Both the position numbers and the translations under genes were made by a program. From contig CACJJI010000005.1 of assembly GCA_902593675.1 (NCBI GenBank), positions 21,081 through 85,080 of the forward strand: a DNA stretch of 64,000 bases, read 5' to 3'. Within the stretch, counting starts at the first letter, position 1; each line of letters starts with the position of its first letter. Under the pieces are notes generated by a model. It searched no databases. It was not told the origin of the DNA and worked only from the letters and a program-made list of their open reading frames with translations. Positions 40,895-51,575 of the stretch are shown one piece after another. The DNA comes from an uncultured SAR86 cluster bacterium (lineage in GTDB: Bacteria; Pseudomonadota; Gammaproteobacteria; Magnimaribacterales; D2472).

Positions 40895-42068
40895 ATAATC
40901 CAGTTGCGCCCATTCCACCGCCAACGCACATGGTCACAATACCGAATTGCTTATCTTGGTTATTTAACTCGCGAACAATATGGCCAACTTGTCTAGATCC
41001 TGTCATACCAAAGGGATGTCCAATTGAAATTGAACCACCATTTACGTTAAGTTTATCCATTGAGATGCCTAATTGATCTCTACAATATGCAACTTGTACT
41101 GCAAAAGCTTCATTCAGCTCCCAAAGATCAATGTCATCAACACTCATATTATGAGATTTTAAGAGCTTTGGAACAGAAAACACTGGTCCAATCCCCATCT
41201 CATCTGGTTCACAGCCCATGGTTGTAAATCCTCTAAAATAAGCCATTGGCTTTAAGCCAAGTTCAAGAGCTTTTTCTTCACTCATGACCAAGGTTACTGA
41301 AGCACCATCTGAAAGCTGAGAAGAGTTACCTGCAGTAACAGAACCATTCTCAGGATCAAAGACTGGCTTTAATGCTGCCAAGCCTTCTAGAGTTGTTCCA
41401 GGTCTATTACATTCATCTTTGTCTACTGTGTAATCAACTTCTTTGGATTCACCTGTCTCTTTATTCATAAGCATCATCTTTGTATCCATTGGAATGATCT
41501 CATCAACAAACTTACCAGCTTCCTGTGCAGCCGCTGTTCTTTTTTGGCTTTCAAAAGCAATCTCATCTTGAGTTTCTCTTGAAACGTTGTATCTGTTAGC
41601 AACGCATTCAGCAGTGATTCCCATTGGATGGTAAATACCAGGATGACTTTCCGCTAATTTTTCATTAACAAACCCATCCATGTTTTGCTTGCCTGAAAGC
41701 ATGGTAATTTGTTCAACACCACCAGCTATCACTGCGTCATAACACCCTGCCATAATTTGACTTGCGGCCATGGAGATTGATTGCAATCCAGAAGAACAAT
41801 AACGATTCACGGTTGTTCCTCCAACTGTTAGTGGAAGATTAGATAAGACCGCAGCATTTCTGCCTATATTGTGCCCCATTGCCCCTTCAGGATTTCCACA
41901 ACCCATAATGACATCTTCAACCACTTCAGGTGGCAAATCAGGATTCCTATCCAACATAGCATTAATAATATGAGCTAACATGTCGTCTGGACGAGTCAGA
42001 TTAAACCCTCCGCGATGTGATTTAGCAAGACCAGTTCTTACACTATCTACAATAACCGCTGTTTTCAT
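40875..42068 (-). CDS. Acetyl-CoA C-acyltransferase (thiolase)
   Basis: NRYCSSGLQ, NEAFA, GHPFG, MCVGGGMG. Confidence 0.95.
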   Translation of the reverse strand: MKTAVIVDSVRTGLAKSHRGGFNLTRPDDMLAHIINAMLDRNPDLPPEVVEDVIMGCGNPEGAMGHNIGRNAAVLSNLPLTVGGTTVNRYCSSGLQSISMAASQIMAGCYDAVIAGGVEQITMLSGKQNMDGFVNEKLAESHPGIYHPMGITAECVANRYNVSRETQDEIAFESQKRTAAAQEAGKFVDEIIPMDTKMMLMNKETGESKEVDYTVDKDECNRPGTTLEGLAALKPVFDPENGSVTAGNSSQLSDGASVTLVMSEEKALELGLKPMAYFRGFTTMGCEPDEMGIGPVFSVPKLLKSHNMSVDDIDLWELNEAFAVQVAYCRDQLGISMDKLNVNGGSISIGHPFGMTGSRQVGHIVRELNNQDKQFGIVTMCVGGGMGATGLFERYPS

Positions 42069-42094
42069 TTTTATACTCCAAAATTAGTAACGAG

Positions 42095-42412
42095 TTATTC
42101 TAAACGATCGTCGTCATTACTTAAAGACTTATACCAATTTGGTATTAAATCGATATTCAGCTCTTTAGCTTTTGAGAAAATATAAGGGAGAGTGATTGGG
42201 CTAAAAGGTAAAATCAATAAAATGCCCAAGCCTAGATTTTTAAGAATTTGACGCAATTGAGAGTTAGCTAATTCTAATTCATGCTCAGAGACAGACCCTT
42301 CAACAAATTTAAGATAGATATCGAGCATTTTTTTATTTTCACGATTTTCTTCCAGAAAGCTCTCTTGGAGTTTTCCTAAGATTGTATTAAAACGTTTAGT
42401 AAAAATTTTCAT
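42095..42412 (-). CDS. Small hypothetical membrane protein, LETM1-like
   Basis: Helical region, then QLRQILKNLGLGILLILPFSPITLP and DLIPNW; resembles LETM1-related TM segments (from memory). Confidence 0.55.
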   Translation of the reverse strand: MKIFTKRFNTILGKLQESFLEENRENKKMLDIYLKFVEGSVSEHELELANSQLRQILKNLGLGILLILPFSPITLPYIFSKAKELNIDLIPNWYKSLSNDDDRLE

Positions 42413-42413
42413 C

Positions 42414-42443
42414 AAAAAAAAGCCCGGAAATAATCCGGGCTTT
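42414..42443 (-). terminator. Rho-independent terminator after the TBDR gene
   Basis: Minus strand AAAGCCCGGA-TTATT-TCCGGGC followed by T8, starting about 20 nt after the TBDR stop. Confidence 0.85.
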
Positions 42444-42463
42444 ATTATATCTAAAATGAATGA

Positions 42464-45343
42464 TTAAAAATTCATTCCAAAGTTAATACCAAAGATCTTA
42501 GGATCTATGGCAACACCATTTTGGAAACCACCCACAGTTACATCTGTTGAGTAATAGGCATAAATGTGATCTTCGTCACCCATATTTCTAACGTAAGCCC
42601 CAACATACCACGCCTCAGAAACAGGAGTGTATTTAACAGATAGATCAATCAAGCTGACATCTTCAATATGACCACGAGGTCTATTAAATGCAGTACTGTA
42701 ATAATCATCTCTGTATGAATAATCCATTCTAAAAGCCCATGAGCCAGCTGATGTATCAACAAACTTAGTTACACCTAATCTGTAGTTCAACTCAGCTGCA
42801 AAAGGAAGCGAATTACCTGATAAATCCTGCTCAACTCCATCTGTTAATGGGCAAGGAAGTGTTGTTGAATCCAAACCAAAGAATGGAACTGTACATAACG
42901 GTCCAAAAGATTTGAACATGTAACCAGCATCTGTTGGAGTGTATAAAACCAAAGCACCAAGCAGAGGATTCTGCGCTGCTATTCCAAGATAACAGTCATT
43001 TGAAGGAGCTGCTTGTCCAACAAAAACTAAAGGATTACAAGTTGCTATCAGAGGTGCAAAGTCAGAAAAGAATCCTGTAGCTCCAGCTGGAAGCGGAAGC
43101 TTCTTAGTAGCTTGATTTGGATTTAGCGGATCAACTGACTTGAAGTCCTCGATCTCTGTGCTTGTATGAGATACAAAACCATCAATCATTAAGGTATCAG
43201 ATAACAACAATGTAAATTCTGCTTCTATACCTTCAATTGTTACATCGGCATTTTGGTTAATGGAAGCACGATTAACAATTTGTGATAGCTGAAGACCTTC
43301 ATAATCATTGGTGTATGCAGATACATTTAACTGAAGAGCTCCATTCATAAGAGTGCTTTTTAAACCTACTTCAAATACATTTGCCACTTCTGAATCAAAG
43401 TTTTCCAGACCTACAATATCAGTAGTATTGAAACCACCAGGCTTGAACCCAGTTGAGTAGGTTGCATAAAGCAGTTGATTGTCATTGAGCTGATGATCAA
43501 GACCAAGTTTATAGGTTGATTCTTCAGCAGCATAACTTCTAGGGATTGGAGCTGGTTTTACAGTTCCATAGAAGCCAGCACCTTGATTCTGAAGATCAAG
43601 CAAAGAATTAAAAGCTTTATCATTGATCTCAAATTCTGTATATCGTCCACCAATTGTCAAAGTGGTAAGATCGCTTATATCAAAGTACATTTCACCATAT
43701 ATAGCTTCACTGCTTCTGTTGATGTTGCTGTCAACATGGAAGTATTGTTGCCACTCAGCCAAATGTTTTGGTCCAATGGATGCATTAGCTCCAGCAATGG
43801 CACCATTTTTAGCTGCATTCAGTGTGTAACCTTGAGCCTGCGCTGGAGGCAATAAACCTGCTAAGACAAGTTGAGTTGCTTGTGCTGATGCTACTGGTAG
43901 AGTTTGGAACCAAGAGACCCAAAATGGTGCTCCGCCATATGGAGCTGAATCAGGGAAAATCGCCCCTAAGGGTCCAGTTGAAACATCACCCCAATAGTTC
44001 ATATATGGCGTTCCAATATTGTAATTAGTTTCACTATCACTAGCAGAAGCGAAAAGACCAAAAGTGAAGTTAAAGGCCCCGTCATAGTCAGATGAGAATC
44101 TTAACTCATACTGCTCCCACTCAGATTCGTTGAAAGATCTGTCCATGGCTTGATCACTTGTGTATGTTTTCATACCTAAAGCTGCACCTGACATATTGCC
44201 TTTGGTCGTATCATAAAAAATATTTGATGTTATTGGCCCCATAGAATATGGAACTACAGATACAGAATGATCATAGTCTGCAAAGTCTTCATACTCTCTT
44301 GTATGGTATGAATAAGTGAAAACCATGTTCATGGTATCTGAAAGAGCGCTGTTAATTTCAAACACAGTATTCTGAAGCGTAGCTTCGTGAGTTGGTTCAA
44401 AATCAAGATTTACGCTTCTCAAATCAGCAGAAGGATTGTTCTCATAAATTGTGTAATTTAAAGCTGTGTTTTGGTATTGAAGGTAAGGGACCCAATGACC
44501 ATAACTTCCAGGTGACCATACAGCATCATTGCCGCTCTCAAATGGGCTACAACCATAAAATGTATCTTGTTTACAGAACTGTCTTGCAGCTCTTAATCTT
44601 TGGTCATCTGCTTGAGTTGTTTCATAGATCAAAGTCATGGTTGTATCATCTGAATAATCATACTCAAAAGACATCCTCGCGCCTTGAGTGTTCCTATCAT
44701 CAAGCTTATTACCTGTATGAGCATTTGTTACAAAGCCCTCTCTTTGAAGAGAAGCAAATGCAACCCTTGATCTTAATTTATCTGTAAGGGGTAAATTAAC
44801 CGCTCCTTCCATTCGTAATGAATCGTAATCAGCGACATCAGCTTTCAGGTAACCGCCTGCTTCAGCATCAGGTCTTTTTGTGATCATCTGAATCAAACCA
44901 CCAGTTGTTCCTGCACCGAACAATGAGCCTTGCGGTCCGCGTAGAACCTCTACACGCTCAACATCAAAAAATTCTTGCTCATAGAGTCCACTTGCAGATG
45001 CAGTTTGACCATTCCAGAAGTAACCAATACTTGCACTGGTAGAGTTACCTACAGCAAAGTTACCAATACCCCTAAGAGTAATTCCAGCACCTGAGTAAGC
45101 CCCTTTTGCAAAACCTAACGTTGGAACTGCAAACTGAAGATCCTCAAAGTTTTCAATTTGTTTGACCTCAAGATCAGCGCCTGTTATAGCAGTAATAGTA
45201 ATCGCAGTATCTTGTAGATTTGTTTCCTTTCTTAAAGCAGTAATTACAACCTCTTCTATCTCTCGAGCTGAATCCTCTTGAGCTACTGTTGAAACTGCAC
45301 TAAATGAAAATGCTAATAAAAAAGCATAGAAATATCTGTTCAT
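42464..45343 (-). CDS. TonB-dependent receptor
   Basis: Signal peptide, TonB box IEEVVITA, plug motif DVERVEVLRGPQGSLFG, YSTGFKPGG, terminal Phe. Confidence 0.95.
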   Translation of the reverse strand: MNRYFYAFLLAFSFSAVSTVAQEDSAREIEEVVITALRKETNLQDTAITITAITGADLEVKQIENFEDLQFAVPTLGFAKGAYSGAGITLRGIGNFAVGNSTSASIGYFWNGQTASASGLYEQEFFDVERVEVLRGPQGSLFGAGTTGGLIQMITKRPDAEAGGYLKADVADYDSLRMEGAVNLPLTDKLRSRVAFASLQREGFVTNAHTGNKLDDRNTQGARMSFEYDYSDDTTMTLIYETTQADDQRLRAARQFCKQDTFYGCSPFESGNDAVWSPGSYGHWVPYLQYQNTALNYTIYENNPSADLRSVNLDFEPTHEATLQNTVFEINSALSDTMNMVFTYSYHTREYEDFADYDHSVSVVPYSMGPITSNIFYDTTKGNMSGAALGMKTYTSDQAMDRSFNESEWEQYELRFSSDYDGAFNFTFGLFASASDSETNYNIGTPYMNYWGDVSTGPLGAIFPDSAPYGGAPFWVSWFQTLPVASAQATQLVLAGLLPPAQAQGYTLNAAKNGAIAGANASIGPKHLAEWQQYFHVDSNINRSSEAIYGEMYFDISDLTTLTIGGRYTEFEINDKAFNSLLDLQNQGAGFYGTVKPAPIPRSYAAEESTYKLGLDHQLNDNQLLYATYSTGFKPGGFNTTDIVGLENFDSEVANVFEVGLKSTLMNGALQLNVSAYTNDYEGLQLSQIVNRASINQNADVTIEGIEAEFTLLLSDTLMIDGFVSHTSTEIEDFKSVDPLNPNQATKKLPLPAGATGFFSDFAPLIATCNPLVFVGQAAPSNDCYLGIAAQNPLLGALVLYTPTDAGYMFKSFGPLCTVPFFGLDSTTLPCPLTDGVEQDLSGNSLPFAAELNYRLGVTKFVDTSAGSWAFRMDYSYRDDYYSTAFNRPRGHIEDVSLIDLSVKYTPVSEAWYVGAYVRNMGDEDHIYAYYSTDVTVGGFQNGVAIDPKIFGINFGMNF

Positions 45344-45472
45344 AATCTTCCCCCTTAAAGTTGATTGATTGAACTAGTAAATGAATGATATACCTAATGC
45401 CAAAGGCATTGCAATGTTTATGCGGTTGCTATTTTTATTATATTTTTTACTTATAAGTTAAATAAATGCTAG

Positions 45473-46672
45473 TTATTTTAACTGAGAGGAACTTTTACCT
45501 AAAACTTGCCTGGCAACAATCAATTGTTGGATTTGTTGAGTGCCCTCAAAAATATCGAGAATTTTTGAATCTCGTGAGAATTTTTCTAGCAAATGATCCT
45601 CTGAAAAGCCCTGCATAGAGCATATTTCAACGCATTTTAAAGAGATTCTATTACCAATTCTGCCTGCTTTTGCCTTGCCCATGGATGCTTCTTTAGAATT
45701 GGGCATTTTATTGTCCATCATCCAGGCTGATTTATAGACCAACAATCTTGCAGCCTCTAATTCAGCCTCAAGCATCTCTAATTCATTCTGAATGGCTGTT
45801 TGTTGATGCATGGATCTACCAAAATTATCTTCATAACCCTCTTCAGCTAATAGCGCTCTGGTCATATCTAATGCAGCTTGACCAAGACCGATTGCCATTC
45901 CGGCAACCATCGGTCGAGTGTTATCAAAAGTCTGCATAGCTCCACCAAATGATTTCTTGGCTGCATTGATATCTGTTTCAATCTCTTCCTTCCCACCAAG
46001 TAAATTTTCGCGAGGAATCCTGCAATTATCAAAAATTAAAGTGGCGGTATCAGAAGCTCTGATACCTAATTTTTTTTCAAGCCTTGCAACGGTAAATCCT
46101 GGAGTGCCTTTTTCAACAATGAATGATCTAATTGCTGTTTTGCCCATATCTTTATTTAAGGTAGCCCAAACAACAACGCAATCGCATCTATCTCCATCGG
46201 TGACATAGATCTTTTCTCCATTTAAGACCCACTCATCTCCTTCTAAGACAGCAGTTGTTGATATATTTTTTGAATCTGAACCGGCGGCAGGTTCTGTTAT
46301 TGCCATGGCTGCCCATCTTTTTCCCCACAAAGCTTTTTGGTCTGGGTTGCCAACCGCCATGATGGCAGCATTTCCTAATCCAGTGCCTGGCCTTGCAAGA
46401 AATAGCCCAACATCACCCCAGCACATTTGCTCTAAAGAAATTACAGCCCATAAATTTCTTCCTCCCAAATCCATTGACTTAGCCGAATCATTACTCACGC
46501 CACTTTCTTTTTTTTGTGCTGCAGCAGCTTGATTAAGTTGCTCCATTTCTAGGGGTGGCTCATGCTCAGCTTTGTCATATTTTCTGGAGATAGGACGCAA
46601 TATAAACTCTGCAGCCATCCTCATGGTCTCTTGAGTTTTTTGTAATTGATTAGGTAAAAGTGGATGAATCAT
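45473..46672 (-). CDS. Acyl-CoA dehydrogenase, FadE23-like subunit
   Basis: RPISRKYD..EH, WAAMAITEP..GSD, TFDNTRP, SKEASM.KAKAG, RDSKILDIFEGTQQIQQL; start at ATG 46672. Confidence 0.92.
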   Translation of the reverse strand: MIHPLLPNQLQKTQETMRMAAEFILRPISRKYDKAEHEPPLEMEQLNQAAAAQKKESGVSNDSAKSMDLGGRNLWAVISLEQMCWGDVGLFLARPGTGLGNAAIMAVGNPDQKALWGKRWAAMAITEPAAGSDSKNISTTAVLEGDEWVLNGEKIYVTDGDRCDCVVVWATLNKDMGKTAIRSFIVEKGTPGFTVARLEKKLGIRASDTATLIFDNCRIPRENLLGGKEEIETDINAAKKSFGGAMQTFDNTRPMVAGMAIGLGQAALDMTRALLAEEGYEDNFGRSMHQQTAIQNELEMLEAELEAARLLVYKSAWMMDNKMPNSKEASMGKAKAGRIGNRISLKCVEICSMQGFSEDHLLEKFSRDSKILDIFEGTQQIQQLIVARQVLGKSSSQLK

Positions 46673-46673
46673 C

Positions 46674-47795
46674 TTAAACTCCTGCGCCTCCTTCAAATAT
46701 GCCGATAGCTCTTAAATTTCTATACCAAAGCTCAACTGGATGCTCATGAGTAAAACCATGGCCTCCGAGCAATTGCACTCCATCGGTTCCTATTTTCATT
46801 CCATGATGGGCAGCAAATCGATATGTAAGTGATGCCTGCTTATGAAAGTCTTCACCAAGATCTTTTAAGGCAGCAGATTTATATATCATTAATCTTAGGG
46901 CTTCAGTTTCAATTGCCATATCAGCAACCATAAAGGCCACGGACTGTCGGTTTGAAATAGGCTCATCAAAAGCTACTCGCTCATTGGTGTATGGAACAAC
47001 GTAATCTAAAACAGCTTGGCAGACTCCCAGCGCTAAAGCTGACATACCGATTCGAGAAGAATCTATAAGCGATTCATAGTTAATAGAGTAATTATGTCCG
47101 CCGAGTTTTTGTGAAGCATTAATTTTGCAGTTAGATAAATTAATTTGTGAAAGAGGCGCGCCCTTTAAACCCATAAACTCTTTATCTTCAAGCGCCACAC
47201 CTTCTTGATCTTTATTCACAAAATACAAATTGCATTCACCCGATTCATTAGATGCAGAAATCAAAAAGGTATTAGCGTGATTTGCAAAAGCAACACCAGT
47301 TTTCGATCCATTAAGAATAATTTCTTCGCCATTCTCTTCTGCAGTAACGCTTGACTGATATGGATCAGTAGAAAGCAAAGCATTATTAATCCCTAGACCC
47401 ACATGAAAGATTGATCCATTAACAAGTTTAGGTAACAGCTCTCCTTTCTGCTCTTCGCTACCATGCTCTGAGATAATTTGAGTAACTAGCAAAGGAACAG
47501 AAACCGACATTGCTAGTGATAGATCTCCGTAAGCAAGCGCCTCTAGAGCCAAAGCATTTGAGACAGAATCCTGTTCTAATCCCATCCCACCATAAGCCTC
47601 CGGAATGATAAGGGGAATCAGATCTAAAGATTTAATTTTTTCTAGCAATTCATCACTAGGCTTACCATCAATCTCAGTTTGTCTGGCGAAAGGACGAAGT
47701 TCAGTTTCAGCAAATTTTCTCAGCATGTCCCAAGTCATCTGCTGCTCTTCAGTAAGAGTGAGATCAAAAGGATGCTCTGTGTTGTATTCTTGCAT
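46674..47795 (-). CDS. Acyl-CoA dehydrogenase, FadE24-like subunit
   Basis: FDLTLTEEQ, ALAYGD, ERVAFDEPISNRQSVAFMVAD, GVQLLGGHGFT.EHPVE.WYR.LR; lacks the TEP..GSD motif. Confidence 0.9.
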   Translation of the reverse strand: MQEYNTEHPFDLTLTEEQQMTWDMLRKFAETELRPFARQTEIDGKPSDELLEKIKSLDLIPLIIPEAYGGMGLEQDSVSNALALEALAYGDLSLAMSVSVPLLVTQIISEHGSEEQKGELLPKLVNGSIFHVGLGINNALLSTDPYQSSVTAEENGEEIILNGSKTGVAFANHANTFLISASNESGECNLYFVNKDQEGVALEDKEFMGLKGAPLSQINLSNCKINASQKLGGHNYSINYESLIDSSRIGMSALALGVCQAVLDYVVPYTNERVAFDEPISNRQSVAFMVADMAIETEALRLMIYKSAALKDLGEDFHKQASLTYRFAAHHGMKIGTDGVQLLGGHGFTHEHPVELWYRNLRAIGIFEGGAGV

Positions 47796-47957
47796 AGATT
47801 TTTAGTATGAATTTAACTTTTGATTACTTGTAAAAGTAAAGCATTGTGTAAAGATGTTAAAGGTATTAATTAGTCAAATCAATGACTATTGATGTGACGA
47901 ATATTCAAAAATTTGAATTATAAGAAAAGGTTTATAAAACTAACTAGAGTTTAAAAA

Positions 47958-48611
47958 ATGAAAAGGGTAGAACGTGCGTTGATTGTATTAAAAATCTTAG
48001 ATGAATATTATCCTGAAACTCCTGTTCCGCTTAATCATCAAGATAATTTCACTCTTCTTGTAGCAGTTTTGTTGTCTGCGCAATGCACCGATGAAAGAGT
48101 TAACAAGGTAACTCCTAAGCTTTTCGCGCTGGCAGATAATCCGAAGGATATGAGCACTAAAAGCCCAGAGGAGATATATAACATCATAAAGCCATGCGGT
48201 TTAGGACCTCAAAAATCTAAGGCCATACACAAGCTATCCAATATCTTATGCGATTCTTATAACGGAGAAGTTCCTGCAGATATAAAAGCCCTAGAGAAAC
48301 TCCCGGGAGTTGGTCATAAAACAGCATCAGTAGTTATTAGTCAGGGGTTTGGGCAGCCAGCATTTCCTGTAGACACTCATATTCATAGACTAGCTCAAAG
48401 ATGGGGTCTAACCAAAGGAATAAATGTCCAACAAACCGAAAAAGATCTAAAAAAAATCTTTCCTCAAGATTCCTGGAACAAGCTTCACCTACAAATCATA
48501 TTTTGGGGAAGAGAGTTCTGCCAAGCTCAACAATGCCATGGGATCACCTGTAAAATTTGTAAAGCAACTTTTCCTAAAAGATCTCGTCCTTTTTCCCACA
48601 AGAAGCCATAG
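47958..48611 (+). CDS. nth: Endonuclease III
   Basis: LLSAQCTDERVN, HhH LPGVGHKTA, FPVDTHIHR, C-terminal Cys cluster. Confidence 0.95.
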   Translation: MKRVERALIVLKILDEYYPETPVPLNHQDNFTLLVAVLLSAQCTDERVNKVTPKLFALADNPKDMSTKSPEEIYNIIKPCGLGPQKSKAIHKLSNILCDSYNGEVPADIKALEKLPGVGHKTASVVISQGFGQPAFPVDTHIHRLAQRWGLTKGINVQQTEKDLKKIFPQDSWNKLHLQIIFWGREFCQAQQCHGITCKICKATFPKRSRPFSHKKP

Positions 48612-48673
48612 ATAATTTAGAATAAGACTTTCAAGCTTTTTAACAAAAATTATTAATACTTTTGGAGTAATCA

Positions 48674-49948
48674 ATGGAATCTCAGGCTGATTCAATCTTT
48701 GCTAATTCACAAACTATCGAAACATATGATGCTGAACTATGGGAGGCCCTAGCTCGAGAGTCTACTCGTCAAGAAGAACACATAGAGCTGATAGCATCGG
48801 AAAATTATGCCAGCAAAAGAGTAATGGAAGCTCAGGGAGGACTGCTTACAAACAAATATGCAGAAGGCTATCCCCACAAAAGATACTATGGCGGATGTGA
48901 GCATGTTGATATTGCAGAAGAATTAGCGATTGATAGAGCAAAAGAACTCTTCAAGGCAGATTATGCAAATGTACAGCCTCATTCAGGATCTTCAGCAAAT
49001 GCAGCTGCATTTTTAGCTATGCTCGAACCAAATGATACGATTCTTGGAATGAGCCTAGATCAAGGAGGTCATCTAACCCATGGAGCAAAAGTCAATTTTT
49101 CAGGTAAAAACTACACGGCATTTCAATATGGCCTTCATCCAGAAACACATGACATTGATTACGATCATGTAAGAGATTTAGCTAAAAAGCATAATCCCAA
49201 AATGATCATTGCTGGCTTTTCAGCTTTTTCAGGCACTATAGATTGGAAAATATTCAGAGATATTGCAGATGAGGTTGGTTCTTATTTTCTGGTCGATATG
49301 GCTCATGTTTCAGGGCTGGTTGCAGCTGGAGTGTACCCTTCTCCAGTGCCCTATGCAGATGTCGTGACCTCTACAACTCATAAAACTTTAAGAGGGCCAA
49401 GATCAGGAATAATTATTGCAAAATCAAATGAAGCTTTAGAAAAAAAATTGAACTCAGCTGTATTTCCTGGATCTCAAGGCGGGCCACTAATGCATGTAAT
49501 AGCAGCAAAAGCTGTTTGTTTTAAGGAGGCTCTTGAACCAAATTTCAAAATATACATGCAACAAGTTATTGATAATGCAAAACTCATGTGCAAGGTTATT
49601 CAAGATCGTGACATTGATGTTGTAACCGGTAAAACTGATAATCATATTGTTTTAATGGATTTAAGAAACAAAGGATTGACTGGCAAAGATTGTGAGCTCG
49701 CTTTAGGTCAAGCAAATATAACTGTTAATAAAAATGCAGTTCCAGACGATCCTCAGTCACCATTTGTAACCTCAGGAATAAGATTGGGCACACCTGCTAT
49801 CACCACAAGAGGTTTTAGAAATGATGAAGTGGAACAATTAACTAATTGGATCTGCGATATTGTTCTTGATCTTGGCAATCCTGATAAAATTAATCTAATC
49901 AAAGAAGAAGTGGTTCAACTATGCAGCAAGTTTCCGGTATATAAATAA
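48674..49948 (+). CDS. glyA: Serine hydroxymethyltransferase
   Basis: [31 protein letters not shown]. Confidence 0.98.
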   Translation: MESQADSIFANSQTIETYDAELWEALARESTRQEEHIELIASENYASKRVMEAQGGLLTNKYAEGYPHKRYYGGCEHVDIAEELAIDRAKELFKADYANVQPHSGSSANAAAFLAMLEPNDTILGMSLDQGGHLTHGAKVNFSGKNYTAFQYGLHPETHDIDYDHVRDLAKKHNPKMIIAGFSAFSGTIDWKIFRDIADEVGSYFLVDMAHVSGLVAAGVYPSPVPYADVVTSTTHKTLRGPRSGIIIAKSNEALEKKLNSAVFPGSQGGPLMHVIAAKAVCFKEALEPNFKIYMQQVIDNAKLMCKVIQDRDIDVVTGKTDNHIVLMDLRNKGLTGKDCELALGQANITVNKNAVPDDPQSPFVTSGIRLGTPAITTRGFRNDEVEQLTNWICDIVLDLGNPDKINLIKEEVVQLCSKFPVYK

Positions 49949-49950
49949 CA

Positions 49951-50430
49951 ATGTTTTGTCCTTTCTGCCAAGCCCAAGACACAAAAGTTATTGATTCAAG
50001 GCTTGTGGGTGATGGTTCGCAAATCAGAAGAAGAAGGGAATGTGAAGTCTGTCATGCAAGATTTACAACCTTTGAAACTGCTGATCTTGCTCTTCCTAGA
50101 ATTGTTAAAAGTGATGGAGAAAGACAGCCGTTCAACGGGGTTAAGTTAAAAGGTGGGATGCTCAGAGCCCTTGAAAAAAGACCCTTGTCTGCAGAGGAAG
50201 TTGATGGAGTCTTTGGGAGTATTTTGACTGAAATTCGTCAACTAGGTGAAAGAGAAATAGCTTCGCGTCAACTTGGTGAAATTGTAATGCGCAATTTAAA
50301 AAGGGTTGATCAGGTTGCCTATGTAAGATTTGCATCTGTGTATCGTGACTTCCAGGATATCAAAGAATTTGCTGATGAAATATCTTCTTTATCTAAAGAA
50401 AAGCCAAAAAGAACAAAAAAGAAAAAATGA
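49951..50430 (+). CDS. nrdR: Transcriptional repressor NrdR
   Basis: CPFC..TKVIDSR..RRRREC..C..RFTTFE, ATP-cone, [10 protein letters not shown]. Confidence 0.97.
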   Translation: MFCPFCQAQDTKVIDSRLVGDGSQIRRRRECEVCHARFTTFETADLALPRIVKSDGERQPFNGVKLKGGMLRALEKRPLSAEEVDGVFGSILTEIRQLGEREIASRQLGEIVMRNLKRVDQVAYVRFASVYRDFQDIKEFADEISSLSKEKPKRTKKKK

Positions 50431-51539
50431 AAGATCTAGACTTTATGGCTAGAGCCATCGAGCTTGCAAAAAAAGGTCAACTCAAAGTACAACCCAATCC
50501 TATGGTTGGTTGCGTGATCGTAAAGAATAATAAAATCATTGGAGAAGGCTGGCACAAGGAATATGGCAAGGATCATGCTGAAGTAAATGCCATCAAAAAC
50601 TGCAAGAAAAAATTTGGTGCTAAAAAAGCTCTAAAACTTATCGCTGGATCGAGTGTCTATGTAAATCTTGAACCCTGCTCAATTGAAAAAAACACCCCCC
50701 CATGCTCAAATGCCTTGATTGAGCATCAAATTAAAAAATTATTTTGCGGAACCCTTGATCCCAACCCAAAGATTAATGGGAGAGGAATCAAATTACTTAA
50801 AAACGCTGGGATTAAAACAAGCGTTGGCCTACTTGAAGACGAGTGCAAAGAATTGAATAGAATTTTTTTTACCAACCAAAGAAAATCTCGTCCCTACATT
50901 ATTCTCAAGAGCGCCCAGTCACTTGATGGAAAAATTGCACTTAAAAGTGGAGAAAGTAACTGGATCACAAATTCTGAATCACGTAAAAATAGTCACTATA
51001 TCCGATCTAGAGTTAAGGGAATTCTAGTGGGAAGAAATACAGCTGAGCAAGATAACCCTTCTCTTACAGTGCGATTGACTAGAGGCGAACTAGGTTTAGG
51101 CAAGAATGAAGCAATTGAACAGCCAGCTAAAATTATCCTAGGGAATCTAAAGAAATCTAAAAAAGTTAGTAAAATTTTCTCTGGAAATTCAAAGATTTTT
51201 ATTGGATCTAAGCAATTAGCCAAAAAGTCTAAAAATGTGGAGTATTTAGAATATAAGAAAAAAAATTTCCTAGAAAAATTCCTACAAGATCTTTTAGATA
51301 GAGATATATCTAGTATTTTGGTTGAAGGTGGTCAGAAAACTTTAAATACATTTATTGTTAATAATTTATTTGATGAATTGGTGCTATATACTGCACCCAT
51401 ATTTTTAGGCAAAGGAAGTAAAGATGGTTTGAATGTAAATTCTCCTACTTCTATAAAAACGTCAATGAAATTAAAGATGATTAAGCTTGAAAGATTAAAA
51501 GATGATATTAAGACAACCTACTACAATAATAATCTGTAA
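50427..51539 (+). CDS. ribD: Riboflavin biosynthesis deaminase/reductase
   Basis: PNPMVG, HAE, LEPC..PPC, SLDGK, VEGG. Confidence 0.95.
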   Translation: MKDLDFMARAIELAKKGQLKVQPNPMVGCVIVKNNKIIGEGWHKEYGKDHAEVNAIKNCKKKFGAKKALKLIAGSSVYVNLEPCSIEKNTPPCSNALIEHQIKKLFCGTLDPNPKINGRGIKLLKNAGIKTSVGLLEDECKELNRIFFTNQRKSRPYIILKSAQSLDGKIALKSGESNWITNSESRKNSHYIRSRVKGILVGRNTAEQDNPSLTVRLTRGELGLGKNEAIEQPAKIILGNLKKSKKVSKIFSGNSKIFIGSKQLAKKSKNVEYLEYKKKNFLEKFLQDLLDRDISSILVEGGQKTLNTFIVNNLFDELVLYTAPIFLGKGSKDGLNVNSPTSIKTSMKLKMIKLERLKDDIKTTYYNNNL

Positions 51540-51575
51540 TTGTTTTTAATTTTTTAATGCCTATATATAAGACAA

